Source: Spirochaetia bacterium
Lineage (GTDB): Bacteria > Spirochaetota > Spirochaetia > SZUA-6 > Bin103
Direction: 5' to 3'
Assembly (NCBI GenBank): GCA_965203515.1
Contig: OZ241907.1
Location: 4,000,001 to 4,064,000, forward strand
Length of the DNA stretch: 64,000 bases
Position 1 is the first letter of the stretch. Each line of letters starts with the position of its first letter. The notes under the pieces were generated by a model. It did not search any database. It was not told the origin of the DNA and saw only the letters and a list, made by a program, of their open reading frames with translations. Positions 10,016 to 20,331 of this stretch are shown here, piece after piece. Position numbers and translations under genes: made by a program.

Positions 10016-11887
10016 TCAACGCAAGGAGATGCGCACCGCCAAGCCGTCGGTGATCGGCGTACCGGGCGGCGGACTCTGCGCGTGCGCGAAGCCGTTGCCG
10101 ACCAGGCGTACCCGCAACCGGCTGTCGTTCAGCAGCGGCAGCAGGCTGCGCTTGGGCAGGCCCCGGTAGTCGCCGACCGCCGCCGCGTCGAGCGGGAGGG
10201 GCGGCGCCTGCGGCGCGACGGCGCCGTAGTACTGCACGCGCGGCGAATCGGCGGTGGGCAGCGACAGATACGGCACCAGGAACCTGGCGGCCTCCGCGAA
10301 CAGCGGAGCGGCGATCAGGCCGGCCAGTCGGCTGGTCCCGCGCGGGTTGTAGACGGCGACGTAGAAGACCACCTGCGGGTCATCGGTCGGCGCGATCGCC
10401 AGGAACGACGCCATCACCGCGTCATCGGAGTAGGCGCCGGTCCGTTCGTCGAGCAACTCCGCGGTGCCGGTCTTGCCGGATACGCGCAGACCGGGCACGC
10501 GCGCCAGCACCGATGTCCCGCCCGGCTCGGTCGCCCGCTCCATCATGGCCAGCATGGTGCGGGCGACCTCCGGCTTCACGACCTGCCGGATCGGTTCGGG
10601 CGGAAAGTCCTTGATCGCGGCGCCGTCGCCGGCGACCACCCGGCGGACGATCTGTGGCCGCATCATCATCCCGTCGTTGGCGATGGCGGTGGCCGCCCGC
10701 ACGATCTGCACCGCCGACACCGCCACTTCCTGGCCCATCGCCACCGTCGGCTTGGAGCGCAACGACCAGCGGTCGACGTCGTGGAAGATGCCGGCGGTCT
10801 CACCGGTGAAGGGCAGGTCGACCGCGGCGCCGAACCCGAACGAGCTGAGCGCGTCGCGCAGGTCGGCGGCGTCGATCCGATCGGAGGCATAGCCGGTGCC
10901 GGCGTTGCACGAGTACTTGATGATGTCGGCGGTGGTGACCGTGCCGTGCGCGCGCAGATCGGCGATGCGGATGATCCCGCCCGGCGTGCGGGCCGTATAG
11001 TGGCCGTCGCAGTGGAAGGTGTCGTCCGACGTTACGGCTCCGCGCTCCAGCATCGACGCGATGGAAAAGACCTTGAACACCGACCCGGGCTCGTAAGCGA
11101 CCTCCACGGGACGGTTGATGCGGGTCTTCGCGGAGGTTTGATCGAAGGAGTTCGGGTCGTAGCGGGGCGAGGTGACGTAGGCCAGCAGCTCGCCCGTCTT
11201 CGGCGCGATCACCAGGATCGTCACCCAGTCGGCGCGATGCTCGGTACGCGCGCGCACCGCGATCCGTTCGATCGCGTGTTGGACGTTCAGGTCGATGGTC
11301 AGCACCACCCGATGGCCGCGTACCAACCGCTGTCCCGGCTGGACGACCGCCGGCGACAGGACGTGGTTGAAGGTGTTCTCGATCCCGGCCAGTCCGATGT
11401 TGTCCACCCCCACGAAGCCGAGCACGTGACTGGCCAGCTCCTGTTCCGGATAGGTGCGCCCGAACTCCGGGTTCAGCGATACGCCGCGCAGCTCGCCCGC
11501 CTGCATGCGCTCCCGCAGGCGCGCCGATTGCGTGGGCGATATCTTGCGCTGGAGAAGGGCGTAGTGGGAGCCGCTGCGCAGCCGGTCTTCCAGACGGGAA
11601 CGGTCGAGCCCCAGCACGTCGGCCAGCGTCGCGGCGGTGCCTGTCGGATCGGTCACGTGCGGCTTCCACACGGCCACCGAATCGAGCCGCGTGGCGATCG
11701 CCAGCAGGCGCCCGTTGCGGTCCAGGATCGGTCCGCGCTCGACCTCCGCTACCTGCACGGCGGAGCGTGGATCGGGCATGGGCTGCACGGCCATCAGCCA
11801 GACGAACCGCAGCGCGATCGCCGCGGCGAAGACGCCCAGGCCGATGATAACCGTCCACATGCGGTAGCGTTCGCGCGCTTCCAACAT
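10016..11887 (-). CDS. Class B penicillin-binding protein (FtsI/PBP2-like)
   Basis: RGPILDRNG, RTYP, SxxK (EPGSVFK), SxN (YSCN), KTG (GKTGTAE); N-terminal TM; ATG at 11887. Confidence 0.92.
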   Translation of the reverse strand: MLEARERYRMWTVIIGLGVFAAAIALRFVWLMAVQPMPDPRSAVQVAEVERGPILDRNGRLLAIATRLDSVAVWKPHVTDPTGTAATLADVLGLDRSRLEDRLRSGSHYALLQRKISPTQSARLRERMQAGELRGVSLNPEFGRTYPEQELASHVLGFVGVDNIGLAGIENTFNHVLSPAVVQPGQRLVRGHRVVLTIDLNVQHAIERIAVRARTEHRADWVTILVIAPKTGELLAYVTSPRYDPNSFDQTSAKTRINRPVEVAYEPGSVFKVFSIASMLERGAVTSDDTFHCDGHYTARTPGGIIRIADLRAHGTVTTADIIKYSCNAGTGYASDRIDAADLRDALSSFGFGAAVDLPFTGETAGIFHDVDRWSLRSKPTVAMGQEVAVSAVQIVRAATAIANDGMMMRPQIVRRVVAGDGAAIKDFPPEPIRQVVKPEVARTMLAMMERATEPGGTSVLARVPGLRVSGKTGTAELLDERTGAYSDDAVMASFLAIAPTDDPQVVFYVAVYNPRGTSRLAGLIAAPLFAEAARFLVPYLSLPTADSPRVQYYGAVAPQAPPLPLDAAAVGDYRGLPKRSLLPLLNDSRLRVRLVGNGFAHAQSPPPGTPITDGLAVRISLR

Positions 11888-11918
11888 CGTGCAGTCAGAT
11901 CCCCCGTAAAGGTAACAG

Positions 11919-13196
11919 ATGACCTCGGTTCTGTCGATAAAGATGACGATGGTAGGTGCACTGCACAGACAGAGGGTCGCCGCCCGCGGTCCGGCTCGCG
12001 GCGCCTTCGCCGGCCTCCGCCCGCGCAAGGCGCGGGCCGACCGATCTCGTGCACGCAAGGCTCAGTCTCCAAGACCTCGTCCGCGCACGGCGCGAGTCGA
12101 TCGGCGCCGGGTGCGCGCGGCGCCGGTCGTCTCGCCGATCGGTTCCAGGCCCGGCGGCGAAGCGCCGTACGCGTTGCTCTCCCTGGAGCGGGCGACCCGG
12201 GGCGGAAAGGCGCGCGGCGCGCCGCCGTACGTGCGGCTGTGGCGCCGGATGCGCAGCCTGCCGCGCCCCGCCGCGATCGGTGCGCTGGCCGCGGCCGTGA
12301 TCGCGGCGGTGGTGCCCGCCGGACTGGTGGTCGCTGCGGCGCGACCCTCGCAGCCGCCGCAGCCGGCCGCGCACGACCAGGCCCACACCGCCTTCCGGCA
12401 GGAGGCGGCCGTGGTCGGCGCCTCGGCGTCTCTCGCGGGCGCTCAGGACTCCGCAGAGCCGGCACCGGTTCCGGATCTGGCGATGCGCTCGTATCAGGTA
12501 CAGGCCGGCGACTCGCTTTCGGAGATAGCGCACCGTTTCGACGTCGATCTCGATACGCTGATCAGCTTCAACGGCATCCGCGACGTGGCAGAGCTGCGGG
12601 AAGGCGTCGAGCTGTCGATCCCGAATGCGTCGGGCTTGTCCTACCTGGTGCGCCCGGGCGACACGCTGAGCGGCATCGCCGACCGTCACGGAGTACGGGC
12701 CGACGAGCTGCGGGCCTGGAACGAGCTGGAATCGACCGCGCTGGCCGTCGGTCGAAGGTTGTTCATTCCGGGCGTGCCGCTGCCCGAGCAGGAACGGAAC
12801 GCCGTGCTCGGCCGGCTGTTCCTCAAGCCGGCGCCCGGCAGCATCGCCACTCCCTACGGCTACCAGGCCGATCCGGTTACCGGCATACGCCGCTTCCATG
12901 ACGGCATCGACATCGAGCACGCCGCCAGCACGCCGATCATCGCCTCCATGGCCGGCCGCGTCGGTCGCGTGGGGGTGAGCGGCGCCTACGGCCGGTACGT
13001 GGTCCTGGTACACGCCGACGGCTATCAGACGCTCTATGCGCAGCTGGCGCGCGCGCACGTAACGGCCGGCAGCTTCGTCGCCCAGGGCCAGACGATCGGC
13101 GCGATGGGGACCTCCGGCTACGGCGTCGGCAGTCACCTCCATTTTTCGATCTTCAAAGACGGACAGCCGGTTGACCCGAGCCGCTATATGCACTAA
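11919..13196 (+). CDS. LysM-domain M23 family metallopeptidase
   Basis: Two LysM repeats (YQVQAGDSLSEIA, YLVRPGDTLSGIA), HDGID, TLYAQL, HLHF; start uncertain. Confidence 0.88.
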   Translation: MTSVLSIKMTMVGALHRQRVAARGPARGAFAGLRPRKARADRSRARKAQSPRPRPRTARVDRRRVRAAPVVSPIGSRPGGEAPYALLSLERATRGGKARGAPPYVRLWRRMRSLPRPAAIGALAAAVIAAVVPAGLVVAAARPSQPPQPAAHDQAHTAFRQEAAVVGASASLAGAQDSAEPAPVPDLAMRSYQVQAGDSLSEIAHRFDVDLDTLISFNGIRDVAELREGVELSIPNASGLSYLVRPGDTLSGIADRHGVRADELRAWNELESTALAVGRRLFIPGVPLPEQERNAVLGRLFLKPAPGSIATPYGYQADPVTGIRRFHDGIDIEHAASTPIIASMAGRVGRVGVSGAYGRYVVLVHADGYQTLYAQLARAHVTAGSFVAQGQTIGAMGTSGYGVGSHLHFSIFKDGQPVDPSRYMH

Positions 13197-13208
13197 TGAT
13201 CGTCGTTC

Positions 13209-14171
13209 GTGGAAAGGCACGCTGATCGAATCCTGCCGATCGGAATCGTCATCCTCGCGGCGATCCTGATCGCCGCGCAGTCCGGAGGACTCTACCTGAC
13301 GAAGGTCGCCACGTTGGAGCGCGACTACCTGCATCTACCGGAGCGATGGTTCGACGTCCTGCACGAGCCGCGGGCCGTCCCGGCGGCCGTCCTTCCCGCC
13401 GGCGGCGCGGCGTCGGCGGCTTGGCCGCTGCCGATCGCCACGATGCGCTACGCCGCGCAGCCCGGCGACAATCTGTGGACTGTCAAGGCGCGGTTCGCGC
13501 TGACGCTGGACACGCTGTCCAGCCTCAATCGCGACGGCGGCTCGCGCGTGCATGACGTGGATATCGGCGAAGTATTGTCGATTCCGAATCAGAACGGCCT
13601 CTTTATCGAGGTCGAAGGCCGCGATCATCTGGACACCAAGGCCGCGGATCATGGCCTGTCCGGCAGCGACGTACTGGCCGCAAATCCCGGCGCCGACGCG
13701 CGGTCGGTGAGCGGACCGCTGTTCTTTCCGGGAGCGCAGCACTCCGGCTATGAGCGCCGATTGGCGATGGGATTGGGGTTCCTGCGACCGCTGCACGGCG
13801 GTTGGGTGACCTCCGGATTCGGCATGCGCACCGATCCCTTCAGCGGGCGGTGGCGTATGCACCGCGGCATCGACATCGCCGCGCCGACCGGAACGCGGGT
13901 GGTCGCCACCGCCGACGCGGTCGTGGAGCGGGTCGATTACAACTCGGTATTCGGACACTACGTGGTTCTCGACCATATCGGCGGGCGTCACCAGTCGCTG
14001 TACGCGCACCTGTCGGCCGTGAGCGTCCGGGCAGGGCAACGGGTGGCGGGGGCAAACACCGTCGGCCGCGTCGGGTCGACCGGCATGTCGACCGGCCCGC
14101 ACCTCCATTTCGAGCTCTGGAGCCTGCGGCAGCCGATCAATCCCGCCGCCGAGATACGCGGGCTGCGGTAG
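13209..14171 (+). CDS. LysM-domain M23 family metallopeptidase
   Basis: YAAQPGDNLW, TSGFGMRTDP, HRGIDIA, LYAHL, TGPHLHFE. Confidence 0.88.
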   Translation: MERHADRILPIGIVILAAILIAAQSGGLYLTKVATLERDYLHLPERWFDVLHEPRAVPAAVLPAGGAASAAWPLPIATMRYAAQPGDNLWTVKARFALTLDTLSSLNRDGGSRVHDVDIGEVLSIPNQNGLFIEVEGRDHLDTKAADHGLSGSDVLAANPGADARSVSGPLFFPGAQHSGYERRLAMGLGFLRPLHGGWVTSGFGMRTDPFSGRWRMHRGIDIAAPTGTRVVATADAVVERVDYNSVFGHYVVLDHIGGRHQSLYAHLSAVSVRAGQRVAGANTVGRVGSTGMSTGPHLHFELWSLRQPINPAAEIRGLR

Positions 14172-14199
14172 CGGCTGCGGCGCGGAAAGACCTGGACGC

Positions 14200-16569
14200 T
14201 TGCTGCGCGCTTCGCTGGCCGATTCCCTGGCCGCGCGCGGCGCGGCGTTCGCGCTCATCGCGTTCGTGGCGGTGGGCGCCGTCATCCTCGACGACTACGG
14301 CGTGTCGTGGGATGAGCAGTGGTTTCGCATCATCGGCCGGGCGGTGGTCGACTACGTGCTGGGAGACGGCGAACTGCGGACCGATCACAACCGGTACTAC
14401 GGAGTCGCGATCGAAGCGCCGCTGGTCCTGCTCGAGCGGCTGCTGAACGACAGCCGCGCCATCTATCTCAGCCGCCACGTGGCGTCGCATCTGTTCTTCC
14501 TGACCGGCGGCTTCTTCTGCTGGCTGCTGGCGCGCCGCCTGTTCGGCGACCGCCGGCTGGCGCTGTTCGCCCTGCTGCTGTTCCTGCTCCATCCCCGCCT
14601 GTACGCGCACTCCTTCTTCAACAGCCGGGACATCCCCTTCCTGACCCTGTTCATGGTCGCGCTCTACCTGCTGCAGCGCGCCTTCCGCCGCGACACCGCC
14701 GGCGCGTTCGCGCTCTGCGGGCTGAGCGTCGGCCTGCTGGTCAGCCTGCGCATCATGGGGGTCATGCTGTTCGCCGCGGTCGCGGCGTTGCGGGCGCTCG
14801 ACCTGCTGCAGGCGCGCGGGCCGGCGGAACGGCGGCGCGTGCTGGCCGCCGCCGGCGCGTTCGCGCTGGCCGCCGCGGCCACCCTGTACGCCGTCTCTCC
14901 CTATCTCTGGCGCGACCCGTTGGCGATCGGCGACGCGGTCGCCACGCTGGTCCGGCATCCTTCCCACATCATCACCCTCTTTCAGGGTGAACCGGTCCGC
15001 TGGCCGTGGATACCGCCCCACTACCTGCCGACCTGGATGGCGATCACCACCCCGCCGGCCACGCTGCTGCTGTGCCTGATCGGCGCTGCGGCGGTGATCG
15101 GTCACGGCGCCGCGCATCCCCGTGAGCTGATCCGCAATACCGAGGCGCGGTTCCTGTTCCTGCTGCTCGCCTGCCTGCTGCTGCCGGTCGCGGCCGTCAT
15201 GGCGCTGCGTTCCAACCTCTACAACGGTTGGCGGCACATGTACTTCCTGTACGCCCCGCTGTGCCTGCTGGCGGTCTACGGCCTGCGCCGGCTGCTGGCC
15301 GCCGCGCCCCGCCCGTGGCTGCGGCGCGGCCTCTACGCACTGGCCGCGGCGGCGCTGGCCGGCATGGCGGTCGACATCGCGCGCCTGCATCCCCATCAAC
15401 AGGCATACTTCAACTTCCTGGTCGACCGTCGCACCCCGGAGCGCCTGAACACCCGCTATCAGGTGATGTATTGGGGCACCGAGTACCGGGAAGGGCTCGA
15501 ATATCTGCTCGATCGCTATCCCGATGAGCCGCTCTACGTCGACCGGACCTTCGTCGGGAGCCGCAACGTGCACCGCAATGCGTCGATCCTGCCCGCCGCC
15601 GAGCGGCGCCGGATCGTCATCGCCGACGAATCGGGACGGGCGGCCGACTTCTTCTTCGCCACCAATTACCGCCACTTCGGACGCGCGGAACCGCCGTTCG
15701 GACCGGTCCTCTACGCGCGCCGCATCTACCACAACACCGTGCTCGCGGTCACCGCGGTCGATCTGTCCCGGGTCGACCAAGCCACCGCCGACCGCTATCG
15801 CCAAGCGTACCGCGCGACGGTGGCCGGGGAGCCGCTCTTCCGCTCGGAGTTCGACCTCTACCTCGACGGCCGCACGCTGACCTACGTCAAGGAGTCGTGT
15901 CGCCCGCAGGATACCGTGCATCCGTTCCGGCTGCTGGCCGCTCCCGTCGCGGTCGATGACCTTCCCCGCATCCGCCGCGACGGCGGCTGGGACCCGCTCA
16001 CCTTCCGGTTCGGCCACTACGGGGTGCGCATCGACGGGCGGTGTATGATACGGCGCATCTTGCCGGACTACCCGATCCGGGCGCTCGAAATCGGCCGGCT
16101 GGTCCCCGGCGCAGGCGCCCTGATCGAAGCTACCATCGACCTTGCCGCCGCGGAATCGTCCGTGAGCCGCTATTGGCAGGCGCATGAGGCGATCGCCGCC
16201 GGGGTTCGGGGCGAGCCGGCGGCCCGCGCGGCCTTCGACCTCTATCTCGATGGAGGCGTGCTGACCTACCACAAGGAGCCGTGCGTAGCGGAGGACGTGT
16301 GGGCGCGGTTCTTCCTCCACGTGTTTCCGTCGGACGCCGCGGAGCTGTCCCCGCAGGGCGGCGCGCACGGCTTCGACAACCTGGACTTCGCCTACGCCGA
16401 GCACGGCGTGCTGCTGGGGGGAGCGTGCGTGGCGCAGGCGCCGTTGCCGGACTACGCGATCGCCCGCGTCCGCACCGGCCAGTTCATCAGCGGGCAGGGC
16501 CAGCTCTGGAGGGCGGAGTTCCCGGTGCCGGCGCCGGGGTCGGGGCCGGGAGCCGTGAGCCGGCGGTGA
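14200..16569 (+). CDS. GT-C fold (PMT/ArnT, GT39/83-like) membrane glycosyltransferase with two C-terminal shared domains
   Basis: TM1 then DDYGVSWDE; HPRLYAHSFFNSRDIP; many TMs; LYNGWRHMYF; DYWG-like motif; C-terminal FDLYLDG...KEPC...FFLHV...RTGQF domains. Confidence 0.8.
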   Translation: MLRASLADSLAARGAAFALIAFVAVGAVILDDYGVSWDEQWFRIIGRAVVDYVLGDGELRTDHNRYYGVAIEAPLVLLERLLNDSRAIYLSRHVASHLFFLTGGFFCWLLARRLFGDRRLALFALLLFLLHPRLYAHSFFNSRDIPFLTLFMVALYLLQRAFRRDTAGAFALCGLSVGLLVSLRIMGVMLFAAVAALRALDLLQARGPAERRRVLAAAGAFALAAAATLYAVSPYLWRDPLAIGDAVATLVRHPSHIITLFQGEPVRWPWIPPHYLPTWMAITTPPATLLLCLIGAAAVIGHGAAHPRELIRNTEARFLFLLLACLLLPVAAVMALRSNLYNGWRHMYFLYAPLCLLAVYGLRRLLAAAPRPWLRRGLYALAAAALAGMAVDIARLHPHQQAYFNFLVDRRTPERLNTRYQVMYWGTEYREGLEYLLDRYPDEPLYVDRTFVGSRNVHRNASILPAAERRRIVIADESGRAADFFFATNYRHFGRAEPPFGPVLYARRIYHNTVLAVTAVDLSRVDQATADRYRQAYRATVAGEPLFRSEFDLYLDGRTLTYVKESCRPQDTVHPFRLLAAPVAVDDLPRIRRDGGWDPLTFRFGHYGVRIDGRCMIRRILPDYPIRALEIGRLVPGAGALIEATIDLAAAESSVSRYWQAHEAIAAGVRGEPAARAAFDLYLDGGVLTYHKEPCVAEDVWARFFLHVFPSDAAELSPQGGAHGFDNLDFAYAEHGVLLGGACVAQAPLPDYAIARVRTGQFISGQGQLWRAEFPVPAPGSGPGAVSRR

Positions 16570-18116
16570 AGCGACGGTCATCTCCCAAGCCGGCGCAGGT
16601 GCGCTATAACGACTGGCGGCAGGTGGCGCTGCCGCCGCCGGAAGAGTTCACCCCCGCGCTGCCGGTCAGCGTGATCATGCCCTGCTATCAGACGCCCCCG
16701 GCGGTGCTGGCGCGGACCCTGGCGGCGCTGGCGGGGCAGACCTGGCCGCGCGACCTGTTCGAGGTGGTGATCGTCGACGACGGTTCCGAGCCGCCGCTGG
16801 CCCCGCCTCCGGGAGCGCCGCCGAACGTCCGGGTGGTGCGCCAGGAGCGCCGCGGGTTCGGGATCGCGCGCGCGCGCAACACCGGCGTGCGGGCGGCCGC
16901 GCACGGCATCATCCTGTTCCTGGACGGCGATTCGCTGCCGGAAGCGGGTTGGCTGGCGGCGCACGCCCGCTGGCATCACGCCGTGTCCGACGTGGTGACC
17001 GTGGGTTTCCGCGCCAGCGTCGCGATGGAGGACCTGGAGGCGGAGGCGATCCGGGGCCGGCCCGGAACCCTGCGCGAGCTGTTCGCGGACCGCCCGGTCG
17101 ACGCCCCCTGGATCGACGGCCACCTGCTGCGCATGGCCGACATGACGACGCGCGCGGCCGACCTGTTCCACGTGGTGGTCGGGGGGAACTTCGGGATCGG
17201 CCGGGAGTTCTACCGGGCGACAGGCGGCAGCGACGAATCGTTCATGCGCTGGGGCATCGAGGATACCGAACTCGCCTACCGCGCCTACACCCGCGGCGGG
17301 CTGTTCGTGCCGGTCCGGTCCGCGCTGGTCTGGCATCAGGGGCGCGAGGCCGAAGGCAGGGAGGCGAAGGAGCGGAGTCTTCGGCTGCAGATGGGCAAGG
17401 CGGCCAACCTGATCCCCCACCCCCGCTACCGCAGCGCGGCGCGCGGGCGCATCTACGCGGTGCCGCGCTACGTGGCGACCGTCGAGGCCGGCCGCAGCGC
17501 GGCCGAACAGGTGGCCGAGGCGGTCGTGAACCTGCTTACCGACCGCGCGCATGATCTGGTGGTGCGCATCGAAATCGACGGGAAGCACGACGCGGCGGGA
17601 CTGGCATGGCTCCGGGAAGTATTCGGCCCGGACCCGCGGGTCCGTATCGCGCCGGCCCGCTCCGCCCTGGACCAATTCCCGGCGGCGCCGTTCCACGTCC
17701 GGCTGCCGGCCACGGCGGCGGCGAAGAACCTGGTGCACGCTCTGCATTACCACCTACGGGGCGCGGTCCTCGCCACCTCGCTGCTGCCGGACGGAACGAG
17801 CGTGTCGATCGCCCGCACGTGGGCGCTGCAGCGGGCGCGGCGCGCGGGCGGGAACCTCGCGGACTTCGGCGACGTACGGGAGCTGGCGCCCGCGAAGTTG
17901 AAGCTGAAGCCGGCGCCGGCGCCGGGAACGGCGCGCGCGGCGGCGCGGAACGCCGCGGGCCTGCTCGCCGGATGGCGTTCCCTGCGCGCCCGAGCGCGGG
18001 ACGTCTACGATCTCCGGGAGGCGTGGTGGTTCGTCCGCTGGGTGGCGTGGTCGTGCCGGCGGCGGCTGCTGCGCAGGACCGGGACCTCATCGACATCCCG
18101 GACCGGCGGCTCTTGA
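16566..18116 (+). CDS. Glycosyltransferase family 2
   Basis: VSVIMPCY, EVVIVDDGS, ARARNTG, ILFLDGD, WGIEDTELAYR; GTG start overlaps the upstream stop. Confidence 0.88.
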   Translation: MKRRSSPKPAQVRYNDWRQVALPPPEEFTPALPVSVIMPCYQTPPAVLARTLAALAGQTWPRDLFEVVIVDDGSEPPLAPPPGAPPNVRVVRQERRGFGIARARNTGVRAAAHGIILFLDGDSLPEAGWLAAHARWHHAVSDVVTVGFRASVAMEDLEAEAIRGRPGTLRELFADRPVDAPWIDGHLLRMADMTTRAADLFHVVVGGNFGIGREFYRATGGSDESFMRWGIEDTELAYRAYTRGGLFVPVRSALVWHQGREAEGREAKERSLRLQMGKAANLIPHPRYRSAARGRIYAVPRYVATVEAGRSAAEQVAEAVVNLLTDRAHDLVVRIEIDGKHDAAGLAWLREVFGPDPRVRIAPARSALDQFPAAPFHVRLPATAAAKNLVHALHYHLRGAVLATSLLPDGTSVSIARTWALQRARRAGGNLADFGDVRELAPAKLKLKPAPAPGTARAAARNAAGLLAGWRSLRARARDVYDLREAWWFVRWVAWSCRRRLLRRTGTSSTSRTGGS

Positions 18117-19459
18117 GCCTCCCGCCGGCTGCCGACGCGCCAAGCTGCAAACACGCTCGAAACGCTCGGCGTAATCGAGAGGGTTCACTGTTGCAGAGGC
18201 TCAACCGGAATCTGTGGCGGGCGGTCAACAAGCGCCGGACGGTCTGGTGGGTCCTGCGCTCGTGGCGCCGCGCGATGCCGGCCGGATCGATGGGTCGGAG
18301 CGGCGCTGCGAGCATCGACCCGCTGCCCGGCGAGTCGGCGCCCGCCTTCGATCTGCGGAGGTACAACCCCATCCACTGGCCGCGGCATGCCGGCGGCCGG
18401 GTGGCGGCGCTGGGGCCGCTCGATCGGCTGCCGCCGGGGGTGGGGGCGGATCGATCCGTTCGGCGGCGCGACCCGTTGCTGCTGCGCCGGTACCATCACG
18501 TGGAGGACGCGCGGGCGTTCCACTCCGGCGCGGTCACGCGCGCCGGCGACTTGGCCCGTCTGGCCGCCGCCGGCGTGGTCGTGCACGTGGCGGACGCCGA
18601 CCCGCGGCTGCGGGCACTGCTCGGCGGCGAGCTCCATCGGCTCATGACCGCCGACGCGGCCCCCCTCGACGCCGGCGCGCGCGAGTTGCACAGCATCAGA
18701 ATGCGGCGTGCGGCCCTGCGGAACCACTCTTCGTGGGCGCGCGACACCGCGAATCTGCCGCTGGTGTCGGTCCTGCTGGCGACGCGGCGTCCGGCGTTGC
18801 TGCCGCGGGCGCTCGCCGCGGTGGCGGGGCAGAGTTATCCGCGGCTGGAGCTGGTGCTGGCGCTCCACGGGAACGAAAGCGCCTTCGCGACGGTAGAGCG
18901 GCTCGTCGCCGAGCTGCCGCTTGCGGGCACGGTCGTGCGGGCGCCGAGCAGCGCTTCCCTCGGCGCGGCGCTGAACGCCTCGGTCGAGGCGTCCGGCGGG
19001 GAGCTGCTGACCAAGATGGACGACGATGACCGGTACGGCGCCGACCATGTGTGGGACCTGGTGCTCGCGCGGGCGTACTCGCGCGCGCAGCTGGTCGGCA
19101 AGGGAGCGGAGTTCGTGTATCTCGCCGCGTCGCACCGGACGGTATACGCCGAACGTTGGCGCCCCGAATCCTATGGGTCCCGGGGCCTGGCGGGGGGCAC
19201 GCTGCTGATCTCGCGGCGCGACCTGCAGCGGGTCGGCGGCTGGCGGAATGCCCGGCGCGGCGTCGATCAGGCGCTGATCGACGCCGTCCTGCGTACCGGC
19301 GGCGGCGTGTACCGGACCCACGGCGCGGGGTTCGCCCTCGTTCGGCACGGCGACCGCCACACGTGGGCCGTGAGTGACGACTGGTTCCTGGCCAGAGCGG
19401 ACCGCATCATTCCCGGTTGGGCCGCCGCCGCGGTCGACATCGTCGAACACGACGCATGA
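18113..19459 (+). CDS. Glycosyltransferase family 2-like protein
   Basis: LPLVSVLLATRRP, QSYPRLEL, SLGAALN, KMDDDDRYG, LVGKGAEFVYL; start uncertain (TTG 18113 overlaps the upstream stop). Confidence 0.8.
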   Translation: MSLPPAADAPSCKHARNARRNREGSLLQRLNRNLWRAVNKRRTVWWVLRSWRRAMPAGSMGRSGAASIDPLPGESAPAFDLRRYNPIHWPRHAGGRVAALGPLDRLPPGVGADRSVRRRDPLLLRRYHHVEDARAFHSGAVTRAGDLARLAAAGVVVHVADADPRLRALLGGELHRLMTADAAPLDAGARELHSIRMRRAALRNHSSWARDTANLPLVSVLLATRRPALLPRALAAVAGQSYPRLELVLALHGNESAFATVERLVAELPLAGTVVRAPSSASLGAALNASVEASGGELLTKMDDDDRYGADHVWDLVLARAYSRAQLVGKGAEFVYLAASHRTVYAERWRPESYGSRGLAGGTLLISRRDLQRVGGWRNARRGVDQALIDAVLRTGGGVYRTHGAGFALVRHGDRHTWAVSDDWFLARADRIIPGWAAAAVDIVEHDA

Positions 19460-20292
19460 CCGCGCCGCCGATACTGCGCCGCTGCCGGCAGGCGCTCACG
19501 ATCGCCGCGAAGCCGGACCTGGTCCGGGAGCTGGCCGGCGCCGCGCTGCGCGGGCGGCTCGCTGCGGCGGCGCGCATGGCGGTCACCGCGGCCCGTTCTC
19601 CCGACCTGGGGGCCGAAAAGATCATCTCCCGAAAATATCGCTATATCTGGCTGTGCGTGCCCAAGGCCGCGTCGCGCAGCATCATGGCGGCGCTGCAAGG
19701 CATCACCCCGGACGACGAGATATTCACCGGAACGAGCGCGGCCGAGCTGTTCGCGCAACGGCCCGAAGCGCGCGACTATTACAGCTTCGCCTTCGTCAGA
19801 AATCCGTACACCCGGGCGCTCTCCTTCTACGCCGACCTGCACTTCGCGCACCTCCGCTATTCCGGCGCCGCGGCGCGCCGGCGCAAGAAGGAGCGCAGCG
19901 CCCGCTTCTTCAAGCGCTTCTACGGGCTGGCCGAGACCGGCGATTTCGACGACTTCTGCCGCTGGCTGAACACGCCCTGGGCTTCGGACGCGGTCGCCGA
20001 CCGCCACTTTCTGTCGCAATACCTGCAGATTCGCCTCGACGGCGGGCGCCGGCCCGACTTCGTCGGCCGCTTCGAGAACCTCGACGCCGACTTCCGCCGC
20101 GTCGCCGAGCGGCTCGGCCTGCCGGCGCCGGCGCTGCCCCTGCTGCACACCATGGCCGGCTGGCGCACCACGCCGGCGGCCCTGCAGGCGGCCAGAGCCG
20201 CCATGAGCGCTCAGCTTACCGAGCGCAACAAGGCGTTGCTCCGCGCACGGTACGCGCGCGACTTCGAGCTCGAAGACCATGCTTCGGCATGA
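19456..20292 (+). CDS. PAPS-dependent sulfotransferase (Sulfotransfer_2-like)
   Basis: 5'-PSB motif VPKAASRS, 3'-PB motif FAFVRNPYTRALSFY, HFLSQ, DFVGRFENL, YARDFEL; ATGA overlap with upstream GT2. Confidence 0.85.
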   Translation: MTAPPILRRCRQALTIAAKPDLVRELAGAALRGRLAAAARMAVTAARSPDLGAEKIISRKYRYIWLCVPKAASRSIMAALQGITPDDEIFTGTSAAELFAQRPEARDYYSFAFVRNPYTRALSFYADLHFAHLRYSGAAARRRKKERSARFFKRFYGLAETGDFDDFCRWLNTPWASDAVADRHFLSQYLQIRLDGGRRPDFVGRFENLDADFRRVAERLGLPAPALPLLHTMAGWRTTPAALQAARAAMSAQLTERNKALLRARYARDFELEDHASA

Positions 20293-20331
20293 CCGGCCGG
20301 CCGCCTGCCGGCCTGCCGGCCGGCTGTCCGG

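Noticed and set aside
9680..12901. 1073-aa + strand ORF and many other long overlapping ORFs (e.g. 38778-41486, 52820-55486, 6173 extension of flhA)
   Set aside because: Arg/Ala/Gly-rich shadow frames of recognisable genes in high-GC DNA
10016..14171. PBP and LysM/M23 genes as part of the novel array
   Set aside because: Ordinary peptidoglycan genes without the shared domain or repeats
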